A stretch of 64,000 bases of DNA from the NCBI GenBank assembly GCA_021613535.1, contig CP075497.1, positions 124,001 to 188,000 of the forward strand. The letters are read 5' to 3'. The translations under genes were made by a program, and so were the position numbers. The notes beneath the pieces were generated by a model that was not told where the DNA came from, ran no database searches, and was given only the letters and a program-made list of their open reading frames with translations. Below, piece by piece: positions 40,901 through 54,762 of this stretch. Position 1 is the stretch's first letter. Each line of letters begins with the position of its first letter. The stretch is from Adineta vaga. Its lineage: Eukaryota > Animalia > Rotifera.

Positions 40901-43900
40901 ACGTCTTCTTCGTTTATTTGGAATAAAATCATATGTTACTTCATTAATTAAACAATTAGATACACAAAGTATTTCTCATTGTTCATTAATAGTTCCCTAT
41001 TGTCAAATTGAACCGCCTGGTGGCGGATTAGTACAAACATTTAATCAACATATATCATCGATTGTTTGTTTGAAATTTATTGAAGATATTTCAATGTTTT
41101 TTAGTTTATCGGATAAAATTGTTGTTTTCGATATGAAACATAATAAAACTATTGCTGATATTAATTTACCGAAATTAGATCAATCATATTTAAATTGTAT
41201 AATGTTAAAAAATCCAAATTTTATTGATGAAAATGTTAAAAACATCTTATTTTTCGTTTATTCATTGAATAATATTTATCTTATAAATACAAATGATGAT
41301 ATTCTATTTAATAAATCATCTCAATTTGGATATTTATCTGTAGAAATTTTATATATTAATCCAATTCTTTATATTTTTACTGAAATTAATGGAAATTCTA
41401 TTGAATGTTGGAATATATTTCAAAATCAATTATTTCAACGAATAGAATTTCCATTATTAACAATTAAATCTATACTTTGTTCACATAAATATTCCATGAT
41501 AATTATTAGTTTTCATAATGGAAATATTTATTTTTATTCGATGATTAATTCAATATTTGTTCATCGAGGTTCTATTGAACTTACTGAACATCTTCATTCC
41601 ATTACTTTAGATAAATATATGTTAATATGTACATTTGATTTAACAATTTCAATTGATTTTATTTTTATTAATTTAAAACAATTTAAAGGAACTGAAGAAA
41701 TTTTCAATAATAATCAAATATTAAAAATCTTAGTTCAATTTGATCAACCATTACAATCCAAACCAATTAAACAAATTATTTTACCAAATAGAATTGGTAC
41801 AGATGAAACAAAACTTCATATTGCATTTCCATTATTTATAGTTTTAACAAATGAATATTTATATATTATTCATCTATGTCAAATGAGAATGATATCATAT
41901 GTAAATATTAAAGATCAATTTGATGTGGCATCTATGCATACAAATAATCTTAATTTCGTATATACAGCACGTGGAGGTGTTATGCAATTATTTATATGGG
42001 AATGTTTAAATTACAATTAACATCAATGTCAATTATATGTTACAATTGATGTTAGTTCTTCTTTGATTAGATCAATTTTTCCTGCACCTAGTTATGGTAT
42101 GTGTGTTTTCAAGTTATTTGTGAATTTTTAGTTATATTTGTTTGTTATGAGGAATGATATTCTTTTGTTCATTACAAAATGGAAGTATTCATGTGTACAA
42201 TGCAAAAAATGCAAGAGATACTCTAAAAACTACACCATCTTTTCCACGTACAAATCAATCTATACAAACTATTCAATTATTTAATGGCAAAGCTATTACA
42301 CTTGATAAATCAAAACGGTTAAGTATTTCAAGTTTTAATATCGAATTTAGGGATGTAAGTCAAATGGCAGAGCAGAAGGAGAGGCGCAAACATAGTTTTT
42401 GAGGTTTTGATGACAAAAAAAGGAAGTTTTCAAAACCAGGGAGGTGGGGGGGGGGAGGGGGACACCCCACGCCCTCCCCTATATTTACACTCCTGTTAAT
42501 ATCTGCTTTATTTAGTGAACTTACATTATGGTTATATCAACATTCGATAACGAATGGAAATTTTGTAATATTGACAAAAACTGGTTCAATACATCAGATT
42601 AGTGAAGAATCAAAATTCATTGAAAAAACAATAAATCAATTAAATATTCAATGTTCAATGATGTTCAGTTCAATTTTAACGATAAATTCCTCTAAATATC
42701 TTATCATTATTGATGATATTGGTAAATCCATGGCTATTTGGTCAAATGAACATATTATTTATATAAATCTTAATATTTCACAAAATGTTCTACCATTTTC
42801 ATCTTATTTATTATCTCTTATTGGTGAATCATCTCAAGATTACATATCATTACATTTTAATAATAGAAATCTTATTCTTTGTCAAGTTAAATTAGAAGAA
42901 TCAAATAAAAAAGCTTATATTAATATGATATCATTTGATGAAGTTGATAAATTTTGTTTAAAAAAACATTATCTTGTTAAATTTAATAATAATGAAAATA
43001 AACTTAATTGGTATAATATAATTTTATCAAAATATCATCAATCGATTCAAATGTCAAATGAATTTTTACAATTATGTATGAATGAATCAAGTGATTATAT
43101 TTTCTCTTTAATAAAACCTTGTATTTTATATATGTATCGTACAATTGATAATCAACAATTAGCAAAATTAATTCTCTATGATTTAGCTTCTTTTATGGTA
43201 GCAGATAATGATTCTATTGTTTTATCAATGAATGATAGACGTTTACTTACATTAATGATTGCCGATCCAAAAGATCCTACATTAACTGAAAAAATACGAA
43301 CACTGCCGAGCAGGTAATTTTATCTCTAATATCATAGAAATGAAAACTAACTTTATTTATTTCTGATAGAAATTCTGATCATAGTACCAATTCAGAAAGT
43401 ACAAATCTAGTTCAACAGTTACAAAAACGATTTAATGCAGATAGTAGTGATGATGGTAGTGATTTGTCCGATTATGATTCTGATACAAATTCTCATGAGA
43501 ACAACAAAATTTATTGGAAAACAAAGATGTCACTATCCATTCCTTCGTTTCGATTAGTTACACGGTTTCCTACTCAATGTTCACCTTCGAAGATGAATTC
43601 TGATGAGAAATTAATTTCTAAAATAATTCCTATGTTCTGTGATGATTCTAATGATGATAGTGAGTGTAATGAACAAATAATCCATGTAGTCGACTCTAAT
43701 CATCCAAATGATCAGCCACATGGTAAAATAGAAAATCAACTCATTGTGAATTCAACAATTGAAGATGATCTTAACGATATTCGTCAAAGTACTTTAGAAC
43801 ACGAACGACAACAAATAAGAGGTATTCAATTTGCCAATGCAGGTCATACCAACGTGAGAATTATCAACAATTACCCAATAACTTCAAATACATGTTCGCT

Positions 43901-43907
43901 TTTTTGA
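37969..43907 (+). pseudogene. NWD1/NWD2-like (DUF4062-NACHT-WD) gene, damaged
   Basis: VRIFLSSTFSD...YCREKYGLEFQYVDMRWG, DSIDQL (Walker B), GLSQNELEDVLSLDDEVL, RLPGILWTRIRNDL, WYHRRF; multi-exon; Walker A region missing near 39140; stops and frameshifts at 39156 and ~39480. Confidence 0.85.
42348..42495. mobile_element. Short GC-rich hAT-like MITE in an intron
   Basis: TAGGGATGTAA...TTACACTCCTG imperfect TIRs with an internal GGGGAGGG...CCCTCCCC hairpin; no clear TSD. Confidence 0.45.
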
Positions 43908-44143
43908 AATAATTTATCTTAATTAAGAATCAATTCGTGAATAATATACAGTCTCCTTTTTACCTCTGAGATATATTCTTTTTAAATAAACAGAAATCTT
44001 TGAAAATTAAATTTACATGTGGTTTTAATCTAACTTGAATTTTATCACATGTTTGTTTATCTTTACTATACATATTTTCAAAATCAAACATCGTCTATCT
44101 TATTCATGTTCGAGAATAATAAGATTTATATTGGTATTTCAGT

Positions 44144-44320
44144 TTAAAAAATAACCGACACAAATAAAAGGTGTAAAGTTTGAATAATAATATGAAAAAA
44201 AACATGGTTATCACCAATATTCAAACTAGCCTGATCTACACGATGTACAGTTCTTGGTGCTTGACCTTTGTTCACTTCTTGTTGCATTCTATTCATAGAC
44301 GAATCTAAGTTATCTGCCAT
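44144..44320 (-). pseudogene. Short ORF resembling the N-terminal part of an RHS/polymorphic-toxin tip domain
   Basis: MADNLDSSMNRMQQEVNKGQAPRTVHRVDQASLNIGD then AT-rich, non-coding-like sequence; family resemblance recalled, not searched. Confidence 0.35.
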
Positions 44321-44829
44321 GATAGCGTTTTTTGTTTTTATGAGAAATAAGCTGAAGAAAGAATGTTTTCATCTTTTTTTATACCCCTTCCAGACTAGGC
44401 AGTTGATTCATTCTTCACTATACGTGCATAACTAAGGCATACAGAAGCAACTATGCCTTGAGAAAGATAACATGATAATCGATTTCACAATGAAATTTCC
44501 CCGTTCTATCAAATGCATAAAGAAGTATTGTCGACCTGAACTTTTCTTGTCTCATTTATCATTAAAACACGTATAACCGAATTTTCAAGGTTTTTGTACG
44601 ATTTTTTGTTAGCCTTATCTTCAATTATTTCATTGAAAATTTGATTTTATTAAAAATTCCATAAATTCTATTTTTCTTGTTATGATTTCAAATTTCAATT
44701 TGTACAACAACTGAATTATTTTCAAAGTTGATGTAAAAATCAAAGAAAATCAAAAATCTTTTTTTTTCATTTCAAAATTTAAAAAACAAAAAAAAAAAAC
44801 TACAAAAGTGTTTTTTATTTCTAAAGTAA

Positions 44830-46200
44830 TTCAAATTTTTGGATTCGATGGTTGTAGTGCTCGGCAACATAAAGATTTCCTTCCACATCAAATGATAAAC
44901 CTTTTGGAGAAGACAATTAATTTTCCGGATCATCTTCATCATCAATTATTTCACCTTCCCGACTTCCTTCATACCAACGTATTATTCGATTATTCCGTGA
45001 ATCTGCCACATAAATTTGACCAAAACTATCAACTATTACTCCTTGAGGATAATTCAATTGATTAAGTTGATTTCCTTGACCATTTCCACCATCAACTAAT
45101 TTTCCTTCTTTATCTTGTAGTTCTCCTGTTCCAATTTTTCATCTTCTCACTGCATTCTTTCCATAATCAGCAATGATCACTGAATTTTTTTGTTCATCAA
45201 CAATTATATTTGTTGGATGATTCAATTGATCAACTCTGCTTCCATTTCCATTTCCACCTGCAACAATTTTTCCTTGTGTTTCATTAAATTTTCATTGAAT
45301 AATTCGATGATTCCAATAATCCGCAATAAAAATAGTTTGATTTTTATCAATAAAAATTCCTGCGGGATAGTTGAGTTGATTTAATTTGTCTCCATCTCTA
45401 TTTCCTTCTGTCACAATTTTTCTATCTTGTTTCCGTTTATTTAATTTAGTTTCTTTGAATGAAAAAACAAAATAGAATTTTTATTTTTACTGAATCACAA
45501 TCGAGAATAAACTAAATAATTCTTTTAAATTTCATTTTTCTTTATCTCTATGATATGATTAATCTCATTTTAAAAAATTCTTCTTTTCAAATCTAATGAA
45601 TGTCTTTCGAATTACTTTTTTGTTGACACCGAGATCCAGTCCATAGTGATTTACACTAAAAAAAAAAGCATAAAATCCTGTATTCTATCATTATAATCAT
45701 CTGCCATCTTTAAATTTACATTACAGATATTTGATGCAATACAAATTCCACCATTCAAACACTTCGGAAACACATTGCTAAAATGAATTAAAAACTGTAA
45801 AGTAGAATTATTTTCTTTGTATAGATAAGATCAATACCGGTTATGTTTATCGATGATCTTAATATATTGATATTATTTTCTATCATTATAAATTGATCTG
45901 TCACATTGGATTTGAATTTGTTTTTGATAATGATTGAAGATTTCTTCAAATGTAACATTGTAAATAATTTGAATTTTTCCATTTCCTTTTTACATATTGT
46001 TCCTAATTTCTTCATATTGATTATATCTAATTCCATTTGATTTAATCGTTCATTTAATTTCTTTTCAAATGTATTTGTATTAAAAGTTAATTGTGACGTT
46101 TGTTCTGTTAAAACTTCTTTTGCATAAATTTCATTTCGTAAAATAATATAAATAAGAAAAATAAAATAAATTTGACGATTGATTTTCTTTTTATGATCTA
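44830..46200 (-). pseudogene. Coiled-coil plus NHL-repeat gene remnant
   Basis: Broken frames contain GDKLNQLNYPAGIFIDKNQTIFIADYWNHRIIQ, IVAGGNGNG and NLYVAEHYNHRIQKF. Confidence 0.75.
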
Positions 46201-46540
46201 TTATTTTAACAAAATGTAATCAATAAATATATTTGAGTCTTTATCTATAGTAGAACCTCATCTAGAATGGGAAGAAGAAAAAAGAACAAATCATCCCATC
46301 CGATGCTTTGATTTCTAATATTACATAGAAAAGATTTTCTTATCTGACGTAAATGAAATTGATTCATATCGACAGTTAATAAGATTTTGTTTTATTCAAA
46401 TACAAATCAATTTATTTAATCATGTTTGATAACAAATGTTAAATTAATTTATATTTTCTTTAAATAATTATATAAACTTCTATTGAATTTTCTTTTTTCT
46501 TTTTCTCCTATTTTGTTATTGAATTTCTTTCTTTCTTTCT

Positions 46541-46571
46541 TGAGGGTGTGGGTGTCTTCTTTTTACCCACA
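46541..46571. repeat. Telomere-like inverted motif copy (partial)
   Basis: TGAGGGTGTGGGTGT-cttcttttt-ACCCACA. Confidence 0.75.
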
Positions 46572-46949
46572 ATTTCAGTTAAATCAATTTACTAAACGAT
46601 AAATCCCATAAAATGCTTCTTTTCTTATAAATCATGATAAACCCTTGATTATTTTGTTGAGACAACCGTTTTGTCAAAGAGTAGAGCGCATTGATACACT
46701 GATTCAACACTTATAAACACTTTTAAGAATTTATTATTTGATTAAAAGTTTTTTTGGCGTTCCTTTTTGCCACACTTCACATTCACACACTTGACAAACA
46801 AATTGAAAAATACGGTGATCGATATTAGTCAATTTTTCCAAATTTTTGTACTAAATCATTTGAAATTTTGTCTCTTTTATATATAGAAGATTCCATTCAA
46901 AAGCATTATAAAATGTCTTTGCTTGTTTTCTTTGAAGTTATTTATAGTG

Positions 46950-47683
46950 TATTTAATGGGTGATAGGGCAAATTGATCTAGTTTGCACTTGTAAAGCAAC
47001 AGATGCTATTCAATGACTGGCTTGACGATTAAAAATTCTTTTCAATTTCGACTTCAGTTCTGGTATTGATGTTAAAAACACAAAAGGAAAAAAAAATGGA
47101 ATGAAACTTAACAAATTACCGAAAGTTCCTGCTAATCCTCCTATTAAAGGTGTTCAAACTACAATAGACAATATAGTAACAACCATATATTATGGTATAT
47201 TAATTAAAAGGTAAAGCGATGCAATTGAAACAAGTTGCAATGTCATTATTCGATACTTACGCCAATCTATCAATTGCCGAAGACGAGTTTTCGATCGATA
47301 AACTCTAAATAAAATTGCATAATTACACGATAATATACATATTGTTGGAAATATTCCATAAAAACACATATCCCACATACCTAAGAATGGATCGCTGACA
47401 TAACAACTGAAAATACATTTATTCGTTTCAATATCCATCGGATTCTCACATGAATAGATGAAAACAAACATTTTCCCATTTGATATTGAATACAGGCACA
47501 TGCAAAAATAAGAAGATGTCGTTTAAATGATGACCATGCAATAAAGATTCGTTGCATGAATAATTGGATCAGATCGACATGTGTCGATATAGAAGGGAAC
47601 AACATAAGATGACGAAAATAATATAACTTAGTAAAATCATCTTCAACTGTGCTATTTGTATCGTCGGATAAATTCGTGTTCAT
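46950..47683 (-). pseudogene. Class A GPCR pseudogene
   Basis: Frameshifted pieces IAWSSFKRHLLIF, GIFPTICILSCNYAILFRV, WRKYRIMTLQLVSIASLYLLINIP, FFFPFVFLTSIPELK. Confidence 0.75.
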
Positions 47684-47860
47684 TGTGAACGCAATAGATT
47701 AGATGAAAAGATATCGAAGGGTTGTTTGAAATTGCAAGAAATGACATATGAATAAATAAAATAATCTCTTAGAAATAAAGAAGAGAAAAATAATGTATTA
47801 GAATACGTGATGCTTCAATGAATACATTAACTAAGCACATTTGAATAGAATTTTTCATCT

Positions 47861-47886
47861 TGAGGGTGTGGGTGTGGTTTCTCTCA
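47861..47886. repeat. Telomere-like motif copy
   Basis: TGAGGGTGTGGGTGTGG; a further copy GAGGGTGTGGGTGTG at 48170-48184. Confidence 0.75.
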
Positions 47887-48226
47887 TTTACAGTCCTACC
47901 TTTCAAATGGGTGATCGAACAATTATCGATTGCTACTCACCGTTAGAAATGGTATATAATGAGAGTACTCAACTAGTATATTACTAATCGGACATCCTTC
48001 TCTCAAGATCTTGTCCCTTTCTGGTTGATATTTTCTCTTATTTAAAGGTATTTGTGGCAGTCGGTAAGAGAATTCTGAATAGTTGATGGTTGCACATTAA
48101 ATTTAGTGGCTCTGTTTCACGAAATATATTGAATTATTTATTTTCATATACGATAGCAATAATTATCGAGAGGGTGTGGGTGTGTATAAACAATAATATT
48201 CACATCCTAGCTCATTATTGTTTCTT

Positions 48227-51200
48227 TTAAGTCTCACACAACACTGAATAGTTTTCCTGTAATTCCATTGCCTGATTTGTAAAAGCATCTATAAACTTAT
48301 GCATCAATTGTTGGTGAGGAAAACATAAGTCCATCACATCATTGCCACGATAAATTCTGATCTTATTGTCTAGAGCAATGACAGCGACACCTTGTAGCAG
48401 TGCTGCAAACATAACCAGTGGAAGCCAAGCATCATTTTCTGTCTCCACATATGTCTTCATCAATTGATCCGGGGATACGTTCTCCAGCTGGATATCAGCA
48501 CATTCTCTCACACATATAGTCAGTTCCCTTATTGTTTCCGAGTCTAATTCCTTCATTGTTCTATTACAACAAATAATATTTTGTACTGCTTCACAGGCCT
48601 CTCGTCTTACATCCCAATTTTCATCTCGAACTGCATTGATGAGAGTAGAGATTACTCTATTTGTTGCTGCTGTTTCACTCATGCGTCTAAGTAGACCACA
48701 CGCAGATCCTCTGTCATTGGAATCTCCATCCCGCAGCGCATCGATGAGAGTAGAGATCACTTCATCCATTGCTGATTTTGCATTCATCCTTACAAGTGCA
48801 TAGCATGTCGATCGTCTGACACTCGAATCTTTATCTCGAAGTGTGTTGATAAGAGCAGAAATCACTTCGTTTGTTGCTACGTTTTCAGGCATATATCCAA
48901 GTACTTCAGACGCCGCTGCTCTAACACTCGAATCGTCATCCCGCAGTGTATTAATCAGAGCAAAGATCACCTCATTCGTTGCTAATTTGTTACCCATCCT
49001 TTCAAGTAGATAACACGCCGCCGCCCTGACTCTCGAGTCTTTATCCTGAAGTGCATTGATGACAGCAGAGATCGCCTCGTTCGTTGCTGCTTTTTCACCC
49101 ATTTTGTTAAGTAGATGACACGCGCTTACTCGGACATTCGAATCTTCACCTTGAAGTGCGTTGATGAAAGTGGAGATCGCCACGCCCGTTGCTACTTTTC
49201 CACATATCTTTTCAAGTGTAGAATATGCAGATTGCTTGACTTTGGAATTTTTATCTCCAAGTGCGCTGATGACAGCAGAGATCACCTCATTTGTTACAGC
49301 GTTTTCATCCATATTTGCAAGCGCTTCAGATGCCCTTGCTTTGACATTTGAATCATCATCCTTTAGCGCAGTAATTAGAGCAGAGATAACTTCATTTGTA
49401 GCTGCTTTCGTGCCCATATTACCAATTGAATCACATGCCCTTGCTCTGGCACTCGGATCATCATCATGAAGTACATTAACGAGAGCAGACATCACCTCAT
49501 TAGTTGCTGCTTTCTTACCCATCTTTCCAAGTGCAGAACACGCTTCTGCTCGGACATCCGAATCTACATCACGCAGTGCACTGATGAGAGCTGAGATCAC
49601 CTCGTTCGTTGCTGCTTTTTCACCCATCTTTCCAAGTGCAGAACACGCCGATCGTCGGACACTTGAATCTTTATCTCGAAGTGCGTCGATGAAAGCACAG
49701 ATCACCTCATTCGTTGCCACTTTTTCAGCCATATTTTCAAGTGCAGAACAAGCATATCGTCTGACATTGGCATTGTCATCGCGAAGTGCGTTAATGAGAG
49801 GAAAGATCATTTCATTCGCTGTTGATTTTTCACCTATCTTAACAAATGCTTTATACGCTCCTGTACGAACATCGCAATCTATATCCCGCAGTGTGTTGAT
49901 GAGAGCAGAAATCACCTCATCGTTTACTACTTTTTCACCCATATTTCCAAGTGAAGAACACGCCAGTTGTCTTACATTAGAATCTACATCCGAAAGTGCG
50001 TTCACAAGAGCAGAAATCACATCGTTTGTCGCGGCTTTTTCACCCATCTTTTCAAGTGTGAAACACGCCGATCGTCTGATATTCGAATCTTCACTTTGTA
50101 GTGCATTGATGAGAGCACAGATCACTTCGTTCGTTGCTGATTTTTCACTGATCTTCAGAAGTGCTTCGAACACTCTTGTTCTGAGATTCGATTCTTTGTG
50201 CTGAAGCGCATTGATGAGAGCAGAAATCATCTCATTATTTACTACTTTTTCACCCAAATTTCCAAGGGCTTCGGATGCTCCTATTTTGATACTTAAATGT
50301 CCATTCCGCAGCGCATCGATGAGCGCAGAGGTTACCTCTTTCGTTGTTGCTTTTTCACCCATTTTACCAAGTGCAAAACATGCAGATTGTCCAACATAGG
50401 GATATTCATCCCCAAGTGCATTGATGAGAGCTGAGATCACCTCACTCGTGGCTGCTTTTTCACCAATATTTCCAAGTACTTCAGCCGCCCCTATTTTGAT
50501 ACTCGAAGATTTATGGTGCAGTGCATTCATGAGAGCAGAGATCACGTCGTTCGTTCCTATGTTTTTTCCCATCTTTACAAGTGTTTCAGATGATCTTCTT
50601 CTGATAATCGAATCTCCATCCTGCAGTGCATTCACGAGAGAAGAGATCGCCTCTTTCGTTGCTGCTTTTTCACCCATGTTGGCAAGTAAATTACACGCCT
50701 TTATTCGTACATCCCAATCTCCATCCCGAAGTGCGTTGCTAAGAGTAGAGATTAGCTCATGTTGTGCTCCTTTTCCAGCCATATTGGCAAGTGCACCACA
50801 TGCAAATCGTCTGGCATTGGAATCTTCATCCTGAAGGCGATCGGTTAGTTTGGAAATTAGCTTTGGAATTGGTTCGGTAATGGGTAATCTTGATAAGATA
50901 TAATATGTTAAGCGTTCGGTTTGCGATTTTTGAAGATCGATAAGCTGAAATAGTTTATCTTGTAGGATGGAGTTGTTGCATATAGAATTGGTACGTGTCA
51001 GAGATTCTAGCAGGTAATTGATGATTGTGGTTGACTTCGTACTGATACATATATCTAACCAGTGGCATAGTGATTTCATATAAACTGCACTCTGTCTAAA
51101 GACTGTTTGACCGGCGAGTTCATCAAGACATTCAATAACAAGTTTAATATGCATTAATCCCACAAGATCTACTGGTTCACTTTGTATAGTTGCCCAGAAA

Positions 51201-53133
51201 ACATCCATACATACTTGATTTTCGGACTGTGTAAGAAGACCGGATGCAAAAATGAAGACATAGAGAAAACGTCGATTGTATTTTTGATTATTTATAAAAT
51301 TGATTGCTTTTTGTTTTTCTGAACTTTTCAAGAGTTGAAGTAGATGCCGTGCGGCGAAATATTCTTGAAAACTAAGATGAATAAAGTAATAATGCTGTTC
51401 TTCTAAATTGTGAGTACCAGTTGGTTTATCATCGTATGATTTGAGTACGCCAAATTCAAGTAATTGTGGATGATCGTCTAAGAAACATTGAGTTTCGTTT
51501 TCTGTTTTTTCTAATAACGTTGGTGGTAAGATAATGTCACTGTGTTCCATTGCATTGAAGGCTAGCGTCTCGAAGAAGTGTAATTCTTTATTGCATAGAG
51601 AATAAATCTGTTTTTTTCGCTTTGTTTTACAATCAATATTTTGTCTTGTTAAATGCCGTTGACATAACCATTCTGTTATATTTTCATACAACATGGTCAA
51701 TGTCAATGTTTTCTTCGTCGAACAATACTTATCACCCCATAGAGTACAAATCAATTCTAGATTCACAGGTATATGAGCAACACCCCAAATACTAGCATTT
51801 GACTTCAAGAAGTTTAATAATTTCATACTTTCGAAAGAAGCATTTGGTATTTCATCTTTGATCTGAGCAAAGAATTGCTCAGTATATTTTTCAATATTAT
51901 CATTTGTAAATCCTGTAATCTCCATTTTCGCATCGTATGATAGTGCAATAGCATATGGACGTGATGTTAAAATATGATGTTGAGTTGTACGAATATAATT
52001 GAACACATCTGTTATCTTCTCGGGAATGTTGTTAACAAATTCATCATATCCGTCCAATATCCATAAAACTTTTCCGTTGTTGAACTGCTCTTCGAATTGC
52101 TGCCGTTCGTCATTTGAAAAATCACGAAATGGAAAATATTCTTTCTTTACAAGATCAAATGGTGAATAGTTATCTCCAGATGCATAACATGTATTTGTCA
52201 GTTTCCGTAATCGAATCAAAACTATCAGATTATATTGAGGCCATAGATCACCTTTAGCCCATCGATAAGTAATATATTGACAGAAGGTAGATTTTCCAAT
52301 TCCAGCACGTCCTAATACTAGCACGTTTTTTATTTGATCTTTACATTTGTCGAAAATGTTTGCTACATCGATCGAAGTTTTTGTACCATAAATTTCTTCA
52401 TAAGTACTAATAATATTACCAGTATGCTGTTTTACATCGCAGTTCTCATCATCTTGTTGCTTCAATTTCTTCTCTTTTTCTTGTTGTTCTTTGCTTTCGA
52501 CCATAGACAGATTGACGTAACTTTCCTCAATTGGAAAACTTTTCCCTTCATTAACCATGCGTTTCAATCGATTTTCTCGTAAATATATCTGTCGAATCAA
52601 TTCAGAAACCTTGCATGATTGTGCCGAATGAATGGAAGATTCTTGTTTTATTCTGTCAATAAGTTCTTTTATTTTTGTAGCTGCATTCGTTTCAGAGAAG
52701 TCAGAAAAGTCTACAGCTATTATAGAACCAACTATGATGCCTACTCCCTTCTCTTTAGACGGTTTCCATACTTTTCTATTTGTCAACATACACGGAATAA
52801 TACGTTTTCCAAGTGTTTGCGCATGTTCCAACTCGAGTTTACAATTTCTGGAATCTTCATAGTCTGGTGTTAGAAAACAGCAAACAACCGAAGCATCGTA
52901 TATCGCTTTAGCCATACTAGTTATTAACAAATAAAAATATAATTATATTTTTTGTGAAAAGAAGAGTTCCAATCTCGTCATCTATACCTGTCATACAGAT
53001 TGCCACGCATATCTCTCTCATCGAACCATACAGGAATGTTTTCAGCTGTAAGATAATTGTAAATTGCTTTGACAATTGCTTTACTAGCATGATTGTACGA
53101 GAGCATAACGTGTTTTTCTTCATTGCTGGTCAT
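48227..53133 (-). CDS. TIR-NACHT-HEAT-repeat NLR-like protein (2 exons)
   Basis: Exon 1 53133-52988 (MTSNEEKHVMLSYNH...VWFDERDM), intron 52987-52917, exon 2 52916-48227; TIR SRNCKLEL, Walker A GRAGIGKS, Walker B WILDGYDE, FIHLSFQEYFAA, about 19 39-aa HEAT repeats. Confidence 0.93.
48600..50830 (-). repeat. 117-bp coding tandem repeat (HEAT/PBS-lyase-like)
   Basis: Recurrent EVISALINALxDxDSxVRxxACxALxxMGEKAATN units. Confidence 0.88.
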
Positions 53134-53540
53134 AATTATACGTTGACGATACAGTCAAATAATTGAAAAAGAAAGATGTTAAACTATCGCTTCACTTTAT
53201 TAATAATCGAACATGCAGCGAAAAATCGACGTTTTATGTACAAAATAAATCTGCTCAGTTAGAAAAAAGTAGGATGGAGAGAATGTTTTCATAATTGTTT
53301 ACTTTAGAAGAAGAAGAAAAAGCAGTAACTATGTTGCACGTCAGCACATCTACTTTTGTATTTCTTTTCTACCTGAGCAAACAAAAAAACCAAATAAATT
53401 ACTTCATACTATGCTTTTACTGACTTCTTTTCGATGCTATGCAGTGCAACCATCTTTAGCGTGAAGGTCATAATGTTTTGAGAATATGAAAGATATACCC
53501 ACACCCTTGGAATCGTACTTCTTATATTCATCTTCGAATT

Positions 53541-54700
53541 TCATTTGATTTCAATATTAATCTTTGATAAGTGATTGACTATAGGTGAATAACCTGAACC
53601 AAATGAAAAGATTCGAGTTGATGTTGATATTGAACGACATAAAGAGAGTACTTCATCAGTATTAGAAATTTCACCATTAGTAAGAAGAAAAATTTGACGA
53701 GAATGTCCTTTCGATGATGAATGTATATTCAACCATTGAAGAAGAAGTAACATTTCAGTACCATCTAAATCACCTTTGATATTTTCAATAAAATGATGAG
53801 CTTTTTGAACATTATCATCATTGTATATCGCTTTAATATCGTCAAATAATTTTTCATAATTAGAATCAAATCGAATAATATTAAAATAATGATCAACAGG
53901 AAGACTTTTAATACAGAATAACATAGCTTGACGAGCTAATTCAATTTTATTTTCACTATCTATAGATCTACTACAATCAAATATAAACATAATTTCATTA
54001 ATCATATTATCTCAATTCCAAACTCGTTGACAATCAATTTCATTGGATATAAATGAAACCATACTAGCATTAGATTCTACTGCAATAATTGTATTTGATC
54101 AATCTTCATTTAATTTTATATCTAAATATGTATTTTCTCGTGCAAATTCAACAATATAATATTCATCATTATCATTTAGATTAATTTGAAATGGATGAGA
54201 TTTTGAACTAATAATATTTGATATTCTAATTTTTTCTATTTGACAATGAAATTGAATTGTATATGGAGCTGATTGAACATATTTAGAATTTGTATCTAGC
54301 TGGTGAACTGATTTCACCAATTTTCTAAAACATATGAAATAATAATACGACATTCTATATCTGATGGAATAACACCAATATTCACTAATAAAATATATCA
54401 GGACATTTTTCATCTTTTTCAAGTAAATAAACGTCATGACCATGTCGAAGATCTTCATTGTAGAATATTCGTGCTTCATCCTTCTTTTTTAATTCTGCTG
54501 TAATTATTCGATCATTAATATGAGCCTGAAAAGTATATACAGCTGCTTGTTCTTCAATATGAAAACAATGAACAGGTTCATAATCGGTTGTTTTTCATCA
54601 TTACGAAAGATTAGAGTAATTATTTCATTAACATTGACTTGTTTAAGAGGAATAGGTTTTGAATGATTTTTATTTTGTAATATGTTATAAAATAATGTTG
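53541..54700 (-). pseudogene. VWA5A-like (VIT plus vWA) pseudogene
   Basis: PIPLKQVNV (VIT start), EIMFIFDCSRS, FNIIRF, RQIFLLTNGEI, RIFSFGSG; many frameshifts, truncated. Confidence 0.8.
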
Positions 54701-54704
54701 GGAA

Positions 54705-54762
54705 TGAGGGTGTAGGTGGGTGTATTTTGATACTGACACCCTTACTCAGACCCACACCCTCA
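54705..54762. repeat. Telomere-like inverted motif copy
   Basis: TGAGGGTGTAGGTGGGTGT...ACACCC...ACCCACACCCTCA. Confidence 0.82.

Noticed and set aside
42445-42461. G-run as a telomere-like motif copy
   Set aside because: A homopolymeric tract in a MITE hairpin, without TGTGGG periodicity.
49115-50834. Plus-strand ORFs with repeated MRAEITSFVAAFSP
   Set aside because: Antisense shadows of the HEAT repeats.
52917-53123. ORF MKKNTLCSRT as the first exon of the NLR
   Set aside because: Wrong frame; the ATG at 53133 gives the TIR motif and splices in frame.
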